Assembly: GCA_051362555.1 (NCBI GenBank) | Contig: CM120640.1 | Span: 10,354,001-10,418,000 of the forward strand | Direction of reading: 5' to 3' | DNA length: 64,000 bases | Source: Lingula anatina | Lineage: Eukaryota; Animalia; Brachiopoda | Part shown: positions 23,754 through 57,284 of the stretch, piece after piece | Layout: each line of letters begins with the position of its first letter | Position numbering within the stretch: position 1 is the first letter of the stretch | The notes under the pieces: model-generated | The model's input: only the letters and a program-made list of their open reading frames with translations | The model's database searches: none | What the model was told of the DNA's origin: nothing | Made by a program: the position numbers and the translations under genes

Positions 23754-26700
23754 GATCTGATGAAAAAAATTGTTTCTGTATTATGCCTTGCTTGAATTTA
23801 AAGCAAAACAATTTATGTTCTGAAAGATGAGCATGCAGAATAGTTCGTTGCTGGGCCGTTCACTTTGTTAGGCAATATTGAAGAATGCCTCCAAGCAGTT
23901 TGGAACTAGTGTTCAAACCAATTTCTGTTAACTGGAGCCATATTTGTGCAGTAAAGAAATGCAGTGCGTTTACCAAAAAACAGAACAATAAGTGCAGTTA
24001 GATATTTATTCAAACTTGTTCCCAAAAATGTTATGCCATTGATAATAACAATGAGTAATAAAATTTTTTTCCTTCCATTTTCTGTAAATTTTATGAGAAT
24101 CACTGTTTAACTAAATCTGACTATCACGATAATTAAATCCCTGTACCTTTCCTCTAGTCTAAAGTGATTACACTCCAGTCAAAATATTGCACACAGGTAT
24201 TGAACAAGCCACTACCATAAAACACAAAGTGACCCTCCCTACTGTATAAGTGATATCTTTGGCTGTATTGCCAACTTACATAACTATAGTGAAAATACTG
24301 ATACAGTAAGCTATATGAGCACATAAAGCGCACACACTAAACATTCTCTCCCAATTATGACAATTTTCATGCTAAACACTAAGTAATAAATCATCCCTGT
24401 AAACAGTTAACATTATCTGAAGATATTTGCTCCACAATAGTAAATGAACACCAGATTTATTGTCAATTGACAAGATTAATAAATGCACAGCTAACAAGAT
24501 GAATGCACAAGTAGTAAAATATATAGAATAAGTCCTCATTCCACTAGGTTAAAATGATTAAGAATACATGATATAAATGATGATAGTAATAATACAAATC
24601 CTACTATACATTACAAAATAGTAGGAGGCTACACCCATATAATTATGTGTTAGGCGCAATATTTTACTTGCTGTACAATTTCACTACACTCACAGAATCA
24701 AAAGGCCATTGTATTACATACAATACTTGTCCATAAAATACATTAGGAATTAGTACACCACTATAACAAGAGATATAATATCAGACTGCAAGCAGAGTAA
24801 GTCAACATCGAGTTTAATACTAGAATACTGAACCAAATATCCATACTAAATAATTTAACACAACATAACACACAGTACCAAATAACCCATCCCCAGTTAC
24901 AAGCAGTTTTATAAAGCAGCAGTATCACCCTTTAAATTGACCAATTGTTGAAATAAGGTATATGGTGTTAAAATGTTTAATATTAGCCAAACTGATAAGG
25001 ACTAGTTGGGGTAAATCAGATCACATAAGGTTACATTAAAAGTGGGCATGAAGTTGTATATAATATTTAATCATAAATATATTTTTTTAGTTTGCAGGTG
25101 TGCAACTTTTAAATTAACTGCCCATTATGAAAACTGCACTGTAACTAAGGTCATTGCCACTACTCACTGCAAACTACTTGCTTACAAATAAATACTCCCT
25201 AGTCAACACAAGAAAACACAAACACACAAATTGTGACACTAAATTGCTACCAGTCCTGAATGATACTGTACCAAACTAGAGTAATGTAAACATGCATTAA
25301 TGAGATCAAACATTCATAAAAATATTTGGCCCAATATGATTTCTTCTAAAATATTCACGCAAGCATAATACAAATATAATATCTCACACACCTATTCTGC
25401 TAAGCCGAGCTCCAGAATGCCTAGGCTCTCTTTTAGATCAATATTTCCGTTTCACCACAAGAATTTTGCACGATTTCGATGCACATAGGTCGGCAAGAAC
25501 TGGAGCCCTCTAAATTACCCCTTTATCAAACAATGCAAGGAGAATTTAATGTGCCCCCTGCCAGTTTCCCCAAGAAAAATACTCTTTCAACCAACTATCT
25601 CAAAAAATGGTGACACCTTTATCTTTTTAAATATTTCATATTGGTCACCTCAGTGATGACAGTTTCTTAAAAATTGCTTCAAGATCCATTAAAATGCGCT
25701 TAACGAAAAAATAAAAATATATTCACTGAGGTTGCCTTTTTAAAAGTCCCCAAGTTCCCTGAGCTTTAAATAAGACCAGAATGACATGTTAATAAAACAT
25801 CCCAGCAGGGGGCACCACTAAGCACTACAATCCAATCTCAATAGGAATAATTTGACACTAGAGAATTCATGTATTATATATAATATATAATTTGTTAATC
25901 ATATATACACTTTCCATACAAGCAGATTGTCATAGATATATAAAGTAACCCTATTATTTGCTTAAATGGTGCAATGTTAATACATATAGCTGAGAAAGAC
26001 TTGTAAATACTGCCATAATATCTTACATGAATATTATTACAACTTATCAATAATAATGATCACCATATCATACTATTACCTTTTCAGGATTTCTTGTCGT
26101 ACAAGGTTCTATACCACAAACACCAAGAAAAAGAACTTTGGCAAAAAATATATAAATCCCATCCCATTTTGTTGCTACAAATGCCATTATATATACTCTG
26201 ACCCTTGGTGACATTCTAAAAAGAGGAATGCTTTTCAACTGGCATCACAAACTACATTCAATGCATACCACTGTACAATGTCAGAAATAAACTGTAACAA
26301 GTCAGATCAAGCACCTGCCACATCTTAAATGTCAGGAAATCCCAAGTTACAGTTACGAAATCTTTCAAATTTCCTCTCTATGTTTTGATTCAAAATGGTT
26401 TAATGCTATTTCTTCTAATGGCACTTCTTAATTTTAGATTTAGTGTCACCAAGACCCCAGAATGTTCTTTGCATTAATCATTTCTTATTGAGCTGTCAAT
26501 AAATATTTGCTTGATATTATTTTGATTTATAGTAATATATATGCACCCTTCCAAATGTATTTCTATCACAAAATCTGATAATAAATGTAAGCTTAATCAT
26601 TCTTATTTAAAGTGAAATGAAAAGCAGAATAATGTTATTAATATTATATTTAAAATGTCAATATTATTCTTAAAATGTCATAACAGTGTAATAGACACTC

Positions 26701-27104
26701 AAAATACACATATCTCAAGCATTGTGATAAGTCACCATTCTTCATGCCTTAAAGGTGGCCAAAAACAATTCAACTTAAAACACCGGGTGCACTTATGTTC
26801 ACAAATGTGAGAATAAAAGTAAAGGGTAGATAAAAGTCAAGCCAATTCAAGTGGCACAAATAACAATTAATGTTTCACTATTAGCCAGAATGTGGCTAAA
26901 CAATCTTGCTTTATTAATACATGATGTCCTTCTTCAGTCATTGGGCCAATACTAAAAATCACTGGCCTAACATGACCCAACTTAAAACTTCCCTCAAAAT
27001 TACACATTTTACAATTTGACTCAGACTCAAATCATTTGGATGTTCCAAACTTTTATAGAGCTGAAAGCACATTCACAATCTCACTTTCTTTACATGCCTC
27101 TGTC

Positions 27105-46192
<19,088 letters not shown>

Positions 46193-49100
46193 TCAATTAA
46201 CAACATTTAATTAGGCAATAGAAACATTAGGCAATTTGTATGACTGAAAAGTAAAGGAGTGTTGATTACTTTTATCAATAAATAGTTTCAAATGTATGTT
46301 CCACACTGGTTTAAGATAATGTCAAAATTTTCCAAGTTTGGCCATGGGGTTCTGAAATCAGAAGGAAATTGCTGATGAAACAAACATTACTCATAATGAA
46401 GAAATTAATATGAAATCTGGCAAGCCTAAGCTCATTAAGATGACAAGATAACCTTGAAATCTTTAGAAGCACATCAGGTGATATGATATGCAGTAAGAAC
46501 TCTGCAGTCGCTCTTAATGATGTTGCACTCAGCTCTGAAAATCCACACACAGTGAAGCATCACTATACATGGTATGGCAGCCATCTTGTTGGATCTATAC
46601 TTATATGCTCACATCACCTTCCTTGTGAATCATTCTCACTAATCCTCTATATATCTTAACTGTCTCACACTGACATGATGGATGATGATCCACAGAATAA
46701 GCAAATGAGCAGTTTGTTCTATTTTCTTTCATGACTGTATGCTCTCTTCTCATAATGAATGTACATCTAATTCATTTATTAATTTGAAATAAAAATTTAT
46801 TTTCAAAAAATCATTGTGGAGAGGTAAGAACATTGTATGATTTCCGATGGAATATCTAAGGCAAGTCATTGGTTGGACAACTGCTGAATTTATGCCAATA
46901 AAGATTAGATTATTTCCAGCTATGGCAACATCAGTGCAGTGTATCTTTACCCTTGGTGATATATGAAATATGGTCAAATGTTACAGTTTGCAACACTGTC
47001 TATAAATATGATAAAAAGTAAAGAAGAGCCCAACAGCAAGCTAGACATAAAGATTGCAAGTGATGCAGGTGCATACAATTGTCTGTTTGATCATATCTTG
47101 AACCATAAATCCTAACCTATGGTCCCATAGGCTGACGTCAGAGGCTGATGTTAGAGGTCATCAAGATTTGCCCACATCATATCTGTTTACGTATATTCAG
47201 AGTTGTCAACTCATATTCAAGAGAATCTGCCGAAGCTTGTCTTGTAAATGGACTAAATGAATATTCTACGAAAACATTTTTTCCCTTTCTTTCAACACAT
47301 ATGGAAACTTACAACAAAAATTGAGCACATCATTTTCATGACAATCAATTTCCTGTGTGAAACCTCTGGTTGAAAAGGGAATTTCCTTGTGTCTTAAATT
47401 TGTTTTGATAAAATACAGCACACTTGCTGGCCTTTAACTTGGCCTACAGGGATCACCATGTGGGGTTGAAACCATCCCTTAATGATCTCTGTCCAGCCTG
47501 ACCATTATATGTCATGAAACTGCTATCTTCAGCTCCACATTTTAATCTGTCTGCATTGGCTTCATGTATCTTCCAAGTGCAAAGGGTAAAACCTGAATAT
47601 CCTGCTTAAAACAAATTATCTTAGCTTACTGCAACATCAAACATGCTGACTAAGATGGTAGTTGCATCTTTCTTTATGACCTATGTCAGTTCCACAGTGC
47701 CAACATCAGATATATTTTTGTCTGGGTTTTTCCTAAAGCCTGGTTTAAAACATGCCTTAAACCACACACTATACCTACATATTACACATCCAATATTGGA
47801 GCCATGGTAAAACCAAACAAGAACTAAGACTGAACTGCTCAATGTGAAATTAGCTCCAGATTTCTGACGACCATGTCAAAGCTCATGGCATATTATGTCA
47901 AGTCACCAGCTGCAGCCTCAGTCAGCCAACCATGTGCCTTGACACGTGCCTCTATTGTCACTATTACTTTCTTTATATATAAAGATACAGTGAGGGAACA
48001 TGTGAGTGCCCTATATCCCACTGGAGGGGTGGTGGTTAGGGGTTATAAAATTATTTGGTTATACACGTCCCATTTATATGAAATTCATTTGCTAATGAAT
48101 TACATGTCTATTTTAATTCATATGTAACTGGTAGGTAATTCTCTTTTTCTTTTAGAAAATTTGGCTCAAAACCATTTACTGGTAAATGAGGCTGACAAAA
48201 CAAACAGTAATGAAAATAATGATCAAAAAGACATCATCACTAGTTGTGAAAGATTTAACAACTCCACAAAGCAATATTTACTCATACTCAAATGGAACTT
48301 GCATCAACAGATTTTTTTTCTGTAAAAGTCAAATATCCCATGCTGAAGTCCTGATAATAAACAATGAAACGGGATAACACCTATTCAGATTAATAACCTA
48401 ATATCAGTGTGAGAAGATTATTTCATATCACAGTCTGAGCCCAGGGACTCTGAAACACCCCAGTTTGATAATACATCACAAGAAGATAACCACAACGACC
48501 TTTTCCTTTGCTGCTTTGTTTAGATCACAACTGATACCATAATGTTATGGCATCCAAAATAGCATAAATAGATACTATCTAGAACAGACATAAAAAATGA
48601 GGCTTTATTTAGCACCTTTCCATCATACCTGCTGTTCCCCAGTACTTTTCCTCAGCATGTTTTTGGAAATGTACATGTCTAGCCATATGTGGTGTAGTAT
48701 CCATGGCTGAAAGCATTTCACTGTGTGTGTATCATCATAGGAGTCATTTCAAAGCAATGTGGTATACTATAATTTTCATAGTGCTTAGACTAATAAAGGG
48801 TTCTGAATGTGGTATGCTAAAAAATAGCAGAGGCATTTTAATAGTTGCTTAGATATAATTGTGGTTTGGGTCAAACATGATAACCATATTTCTTTAACAT
48901 AATGGTAAGTAAGCTATCTGAAAAAAATAAGCCAATATTCCTTAATATCTTAAATCAAGCAAATAATTTAAGACTTCATGATTCTTTATATCTTTTTTGG
49001 TCTTGGTTGCTGGAGTTCATACTGTTCAGGGTATTAACCTTGACTTTGTTGTGACTTGAAGTCTTTAAAAAATTTAATCAAAATTCTTTTTTGACATAAA

Positions 49101-49864
49101 CAACACAACATACATTTTGAAATGTACTTTTCTTTTGCATTTTAAGGATACATCAGAGACAAAACAACTGACATGAAGTAACTGTTTATGTGGTAAATAA
49201 AATCATATGGTCGGCAGATTTCATAACCAAAACAATAAACACAAGAGACATGTCAATAAGCATGTTCATTCAAAATGTTGTTAAAATCACTAAAACACAA
49301 TGACATTTTTACCCCTGTAGTAGAATTCGACAGGCTACAACAGTTACTATTATGAAACCTTGGTAGCAAAGGCCAGAGATTCTTGGATCTCGTAGCACGA
49401 TGTTGTAAACGAACAAAGGATATGTTTACAAATCAGTTGCCAATGCTAATGATCGGTAGTTAAGTGATATGCCAAATTAAAATGTTAAAATATGATATGT
49501 CCCTTCTTACCTTATCTAAGACTCCTCTCGGTGCTCACAAACAGTTTCGAATTGGCAGTTGTTTTTCACAATCGTAATAGTTGCACGTTTTGTGTACGTT
49601 CCTATGTTGTCAATCAACCTGTTGACTTAGAATGGCTCAGTTTCTTGCCGATTTCAGGTCCTCGGTAGCTATGATCGCCGTCTTTAGCACTTGTCAGTTA
49701 CGTTCAGTTATTCCCCTGTCGATCTAGTACCTTGTTAGTTTCTTTAACCTTGTTGTACCCCCGAAATAGGGCTCAGTATAGAGCCTACTGTTCCTTTATC
49801 GTCATACTCGCTAATATGGGGGGGAAATAACTACTGCAGATTGAAGAAGAGCCGTAAGCTTTAC

Positions 49865-50040
49865 CTGAAAACCAAAATAACTTCGACTTCGCGCTCCTGG
49901 TGAATTAAGAAACCTTATAATAAAAACACATATTTTCAAAAAATACTTAATTCAGTAAAATATAATGGTACAGTGTTGAAAAATTTGTTTTAGGAGGGGA
50001 AATCGCTAGAATTGTAGAAATTTTGGAAACCACGCATGTT
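49865..50040 (-). other. Probable non-coding first exon of HIPK
   Basis: Donor TTTCAG|gtaaag at 49864 in a CpG-enriched region, with no in-frame ATG. A second donor (AAG|gtaaga) lies at 49510. The 5' boundary is approximate. Confidence 0.5.
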
Positions 50041-50160
50041 TACGTGCTCCTTACGGGCTCCATATCGCGATGGTGACGTCACACATCTCTAAGCGGTGTT
50101 TCCCCAAATACCGACCAATAAGTGAAGATGGCGCGGGCACCTGTTAAACGCACGAATGAA
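50030..50160 (-). promoter_or_regulatory. Probable HIPK promoter
   Basis: Local CpG enrichment, TCGCGA (50065-50070), full CRE TGACGTCA (50074-50081), CCAAT (about 50116), YY1-like AAGATGGCG (50125-50133). Confidence 0.55.
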
Positions 50161-50497
50161 ACCAGGAAAAAGAATCAGAAAATGTTTTGTTTTAAGAACG
50201 ATTACTGTACACTTAAAAAGTTTTCACATCGGTGCGTCCTGAATTTGTACAGCTCGTGTAAGCTGTTTTCCAGCTTCTGCCTTGAGTAATGTCTGTATTT
50301 TTAGAAAGTTATACCTCGGCTTCTGTTGAGTTATCCAAAATCCAGGTAGATTTACAGATAGGGAATTTCCTAAAAATAAGGAAGGGGGTTATAATGATTT
50401 TGGAAAAAGAGAAAGCAATACTGCATGGTAAAAAATTCTGGTAACAGTTTACTGGTAAAATTTTTTATCACTTATTGTAAATATCCATCACGCGTAT

Positions 50498-50691
50498 TAG
50501 GTGAGCGGCAAAACCCCAAAAAGTGCTTTATTTAAGGAGTTTAGTGTCCCCTTTATACACAGACCTGTGCCATTTCCACATCATGGCTAACTTTGACCAG
50601 CAGACTCTGAGCTTTCAAATGATATATAATTCAGGTCTGTGTATAAAGGGGACACTAAATCTGAAAATTTTGGCCTTCTGCCGCTCACCTA
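50498..50691. mobile_element. 194-bp MITE with TAG termini and 3-bp TAT flanks (Academ-like, tentative)
   Basis: TIR taggtgagcggca ... tgccgctcaccta, plus a perfect internal 28-bp inverted pair tttagtgtcccctttatacacagacctg / caggtctgtgtataaaggggacactaaa. Confidence 0.8.
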
Positions 50692-53446
50692 TATGCAGTG
50701 AAAAACGCTAAATGGGTGGTTTTTGTTGCATCCGAGTGTCTGTACTGGTTTTTCGGGGTTTTCACTGTCAAAAATAATTGACTGAAAATGCGTTTTTTTT
50801 TTTAGTTAGGGAGCACTAGTTCACGTTATCATAATTTTTACTCTTGATGTCAAGAAATTACCTAAAACATCTTTTTTACGTCTTGTCTTTGAAACTTGAC
50901 AGGAAACAAAAAATCTCATATAAGCACATATGTAGGCACATCCAACATCAAAGGAATGAAAACTTCATTTTCATTCAAATCTCCAATTTAAGATCTTTAC
51001 AGGAACATTTCCTTTTTGAGTGGGAGATGTGAACCTACACTATAGCATGCAAGGCTTTAGCTTATTCTGTGATGCTAGTACATGTACATTGTCGCGTAGC
51101 TTATTAAAACAGAATTCTCCACCCCAACAGCTTGCATCTGCACTTGCAATAGCAAACTGACAGCAAAAAAATATTTGCAGTTCAGGACTTTCAATGGGCT
51201 GATATTCTGCCTGGTGCCCACATTGTTGCCTTTTTATTTGATATGCACCAAGCTTAAGTCTGTCAGATTGGTTAACAAAATATTAACCGACAATACTTGA
51301 GCTCTGATTGCCTGGCACTTTGTTGGCAGAGAGACTTATAATACCTTATAATACAAACACCACACACATTTGCCAACAAGATCAAAAGGTATAATATCAT
51401 AACTAGGTGCAACAGCTGGCCATGCACTCTCTGCTAGTATGAACACTTTTATATTATAATTATATATCAAGAAGAGTTGTTAATTTTGGTACAGCTGGAT
51501 GTATTTATTGAATAACAGTTTTGAAAAATAAGTTATTTTTAAATGATAAAGGACAGGCTGACGTGATTCTCAATAGATGCATTGATCTTAAATCATCCTA
51601 CCTACTGTTACATTGTTGACTTTAATGAGGCCATTGTATTTCAGACCCCAAGAAACGCAATAATAGCAGAGACGATAACCTATGATAGTCCCCCCCCCAA
51701 AAAAAAAAGAAATAATAATAATAAAATAAAAATACCTCATGTCAACATTTCCTTCTGAAATGTGCAGGAAGACATGGCCATCTAAGTGGCTGGCCAGTCA
51801 TTATATGCAGAATTATTCAATTAGAAATAAAGAATAAAAAAGTTTGTCAAAACCCATAAACCAGTTTACTGATGATGTGATTTACATCTAATCCATTTTA
51901 AAACAGGCAGTGCATTCTAAGGCAAATCACTGAGTTTTCCATACTTTTACAAAAATTAAACAATCGTTAGAGAAATTTTTCACATAAATATTCAAAATTA
52001 AAGAATTATGGACATAAGTTTAAAGAAAGTAGAAAGATGTATGTTTTAATGGGAGATGAGAGGCAATTTATCATCATCATTTTGAAAGGTATCTTGCGTA
52101 CCACTACTTTTGTAAATCTTAATGGTTCATTGGATTTGCGAGCATTAAAAGAAATCCTACTTCTGATGCGACTATGCATCTTCTTCTTCATGCAACTGTC
52201 TAGGAAACTTCCAATAAAGTATCTCTAGATTATCCAGGAAATTGCTTTATAAATCTCCTATGAGTTTGCTTTTCACAGGTTTCAGGTATTTTGACATGTC
52301 AACTTCACTCAAGGTGCAAAAACAACCACTACAGGTTTGTGTTCAGTCTAACCATTCGTAGCACTAAGACCATTTCCTGCAAAACATTTTTTCCATTATG
52401 GTAATACGTGGTTATGACAGCTACTGAAAGAACTGACTGGAAGATCCAGATGTGTGTGAGTGTGGGGGGGGGGGGGGGGGATACAATCATGGAAATGTTC
52501 CTTGCTCTTGTCTCATTTTGTTTGTCATACCTTTTCATGGAAGGGGAGAAGTGATAAAATGTTCCAGTTGTGCCCACCCTGGATCCTCCATTGGTAAAAT
52601 GACATATTGTTTAACATTCTCAAATACAAAGTTTGTCATGTACTACATGGTTTCAGCTTTATGGAGGTTCTTGAAATGATCTATTTCTAAGAATTTGCCA
52701 GTCAGATGATGTTCTGCATGATGTTTTGTTACATTAACCCACATCACAAAGTCAAGACAAATGAATTAATAGCATGAAAAATGAACTCAATAATTGCATA
52801 ACACATAACTTTTATTAACTTACAACACTATATAAACACCTGAGAAGTGACAAAACATATGAAACTACCTACATAAACTAGTCCAGAAAAAAATGGCTAA
52901 CTTTCTGTATCAAAAATTAATCAGACTTACCCATAGATGAACATGATCTCTACTGTATTATAAAGAATGTCAAACTGGATATTTCATAAAAATTACTTTT
53001 GTTGAACATGTAACAGTACAAAAGAAAAAAAATCTAATCATAAAAACTAAATTATGGTGTCATATGTAAGTCTCTTAATTGGAAAGAACATCCCCCGTTT
53101 CACAACCATACTCCATTGAGTTCTTCAATAAAATCCATAACCTGATGCAAAAGGATGGTTGCACAATCCTTCAAATTAAATCCTGTTTACACTGAACTTC
53201 TGAACAAGACAATTTTCAGACAATCCATATGTGCTTTCAATTTCTTTATGTTTAGCTGTGTAATTTCCAAACTACAATGGCAATTTTGATAACACTTCAT
53301 TACTGACTAGACAACATACATCGTTTTTTTCCTTTTACTTGTTGTTTACAGGTTCAGCAATCATTCCTTAAAGACAGACTCAAGGGGGACAGGTTATAAT
53401 CTTCCTCTACATGGACCCTGACAATACAAAAATACTGTCGGCCTTG

Positions 53447-56400
53447 CTACAGTAATCTTCCCCTACAATCAGCAGATCCGCAGTAACAGTATAGTATCTT
53501 CCCAGGGACGCTACCAACCTCATAATTGTAATCCCAAGTCAGCTCAGTGCCTGCACGAATATACCTGCAATGAAATAAAGCGATACAAAACAAAGTTGGA
53601 CCACGCATACTTGCTCCATAGGCCTATCAATCAATTTAAAAGTCTGTGATCAAAATGAATACATTGATTTGGAAAACTGACTGCTGTGGAAAATTGAGAC
53701 CAAAGATAAAGAGGTCAAACGAAATTAACCCAAGTCATATGTTATCAATTTTATCAGTAATATATTAAATAATATGTAGTTTTTTTAAAAAGATAAAATG
53801 TACTAATAGGGGAAATTTAAATAACATAAAAAATGTCATAGAATTCTTTCACAGAAAAACAGTCATTTAAATAATACAATATTACAAATTAAAATAAAGA
53901 ATATTCTAAACCAACTGATTAAAAAGTTGGTTTTTCCCATGCATTTATTCCAAGGAATTTTTTTTCTCAACAGCTGAGCATATCTAACCCTACATAAATG
54001 TCTGTCAATACACCACTTCTCTCCACATGCATTTTTTTTATGATCCAAAGACAAAAGAAGAAGCCTACTTTTATTCAACCCCTACAGTGGTCATTTTAAC
54101 TCCATTAATGTCATTTTTGTTATGGTTGATGGGTTGTTGGAGAAAACTACCAGTATCTTCAGATTTCTTAGACTTGTGAAACTGCATAGATTTTAATACC
54201 AGACAGTCAAGTTGAAGTTTCCTTCCCACTTAATTGCCTGCAGGACAGGTTATAAGGAGGTATATTAATATCACAACACTGTTTATTTTGATGTCAGGAA
54301 GTTTCATCGCATGATAACATGCTACAGGCTTTTTCTTGTTTGTACTCTATTCATCAATGTCTTTTTATTTTGTTCTTTTGAAAGAAGGTGAAAAAGAAAT
54401 AAAAAGGACTTCTTTTCATTTTTTTTTGAGAGTTAAAAGAGAAATAAAAATGTCTTTTGTAGTGCTTAGAAAATTGGACAAGAAATAGTTTGATTACCAT
54501 AATATGACATGAAATAATAAATTGAAGGTTAAACCTTGAGAACTATGGATGAATTTATGACAGCAACTACACTGTTCAGAACTGAGTGAAACAACACAAT
54601 TTAGCTCACATCTTTTGATAACACCTGTTATGGTTTGTACATATTTCACACTTAAAAACAGTTAACACATATATATACATATTAATACAACCCATTTATC
54701 ATTCAAGTGCATGCCACTCTATGGACTTGGTTTGACAGGGAAGTATTACTTTAACATAAATTTGGTCATTTCCATTATACAGATGATTTTTTCCTCTGTG
54801 TACCCAAGGTTGTCTGGTACATAAAAAAGAAATGTTTGCAGGATTTTTGCTGTCTGAAATCACAACTTTTAAAAAAAGAGCCAGCATTTATGCCTCAAAT
54901 GCAAGTTACATTCTTTAAGTAGTATATGGGTGGGTGATAAAAAGGCTTCTATTATATCATACAGATGCCAGAAATGGGAAATAACATTATGTTTTTCTTA
55001 CTTCAAGATGAGGTTGATGTTGTCAATTTATATTTCAATTGATTCAGTCAGAATGAGGAAACATAAGGGGATGGTTTTCCATAAATATTTTCATTATTAT
55101 AAGTATATCCGAAGCAAAAACAGAAACTGTTACAGCCAGCTGAAAATAGTATTTCTATAAAAAGTGGTTTAAAGAGTCATTATAATAAATGCAAAAAAAA
55201 AATAATAATAATAATAATAAAAAAAAAAATAATAATAATTTTGAATATATACAAAAATTATATGGAGATAGAACATGCAAACACCCAGGTTGATCAAGAG
55301 AAAATAAGCCCCACAAGTACAGGCAGTTCTTTTTCCAGCATATTAGTTGTACGATTCCATAATGCTCTATCAGCACTGCTGTCACAAAAATAAAATCAAG
55401 TAACTGATAAAAGAAATCAGTCTGTACCAATCCCATATGTAAACCTTACATAAAGAATGAGGTGTAAATCATTATCACTATCATTACTATCATTATTATT
55501 ATATTGTATTGAAACATCTACATGCTAAGGATGAAAAATAATTCATTCCAAAACTTAAAAAAAAAAAAAATCAACTCTCTCTGCAGAGAGCTCAAATTAA
55601 ATGACAATGTGCCACTTAAGAGGTAGCCAGGCATGCGAATGAATCATAGTGATGACTCAGATTTCTGGCTGATCATAATAGTAATGAAAACAAAAGGCAG
55701 CTAAATTATCACACAAAAAATATCAGCTTACTCATTACTGTGCCAGGAACAGATATTTCTTATCAGAAATGTCATATGTTTTACATAAGAATGGTATAAA
55801 TACTTTTAATAACATTCATGCCTGAATTCATTAAATGATAAATAAAAGATACAAAGGGTAATAAAATGTTTTCTCTTGTTTGGCAGGACAGATTTCACTA
55901 AGGCTCTTTCACTCACTCTTTGAAGATGTCTTAAATGGAAATGCCTTTTTGTGAAAAAAGTTGCTATCATAATTTTGTCTTTTCCTTTTGTCAACCAAGA
56001 CATTTTTTTATGTTATTTTTTATTTTTTATTCATATTATTTTTTGACAATTTTTTAAGATGGGTAAGAGAATTTGCAACATTTGGCACATAATATCACCT
56101 TAATACCCCCCACCCCCCAATTACACACAAAATTCAATACTTTAAAACCAAAATGTAGAAGCTCACATTGTAATTGTTACTTGTGAATTAATAACTATCA
56201 TTAAGCCCTGTACAAGTAATACTCACTGAGAGGAGAAATAGGCCACCCAGGGAAACCGGAGATCATGGGTGTCAACAAATACATTCTGCACAAACATGTT
56301 GGGCATACAGCTGTGCTGCAAAACAAAATAACATAAATAATGGTATGTGGCACAGATTTAGCAAACATCCAATAGAGACTGCATCTGTCAACATATTTTC

Positions 56401-57221
56401 AAACAAATCAAAGAAGACACAGCTTACAATGAAAATAAATGCCATTATTTGTTGCTCATTTTGAAAAAAAATCCATCGAAAAATTACAATAAACTTTTTT
56501 TAATCATCATGTGATTAATTTAAGATATATATGATAGGGGCAAGACAGTTTTTAAATACAAAAGTACTTACATTCATGTATCTGCCAATGTTACCAATGG
56601 ATTTGGCATCCATTACATAACAAAATTCCTCATTGAAGAATGACCTGATGGAAGGAAATTTGGGTTTGTCTTTCTTTGCATCCTCTTCATCTGAAAGAAT
56701 ATGATTTAATAACAGAGTATAAATGACCCATTGTAAATGCTAATTTGACTGCTACTGTATACCATATCCATTCAAAGACCAGTAATTTTATACTACTTTT
56801 AGGCCTTCAAAATGCAATATAAGACAAAAAATAACCCAAATACCATCAACACACTTTGTCTAAATTAATCAATTACTGAAAAATACACACAATACATCAA
56901 AACTACCTCAGACATACAATACTGTATCTTGCAAAGAAAAAAAACGCACCTGTTTTCTCTGTTCTGGAGAGATCCATTTTGGATAACTTGATCTTCAGTG
57001 GTGCCACAGCATCCTGGGCCTTGGGGTCAGGCAAGTTCTTAAAACGAGAAGCAGCAGCCGTTTTCTTCCGCGCTGAAACATATATGTCTCCATGCATTAT
57101 AATATAAATGCAGATGCAATACCCATGTTGTGTAAAAAAAACATGTACTACTACTCCAGTAAAATTTGTGACTTTGCTCAAGGGTATAAGTAATAATAAT
57201 AAACTTCTTAAAGGTAAAATG

Positions 57222-57284
<63 letters not shown>

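Noticed and set aside
25405-25510. gagctccag...ctggagccct fold-back in the HIPK 3' region (SECIS or miRNA?)
   Set aside because: Only about 9 bp pair, no SECIS core is visible, and HIPK has no in-frame internal TGA. More likely a tiny TE remnant.
52006-52679. Short ORFs between the HIPK promoter and SETDB1
   Set aside because: No recognisable domains or splice structure; probably SETDB1 3' UTR or intergenic.
53441-53449. SETDB1 stop context TAG-CAA (readthrough?)
   Set aside because: Followed by GGC, so it lacks the full CAR-YYA readthrough motif.
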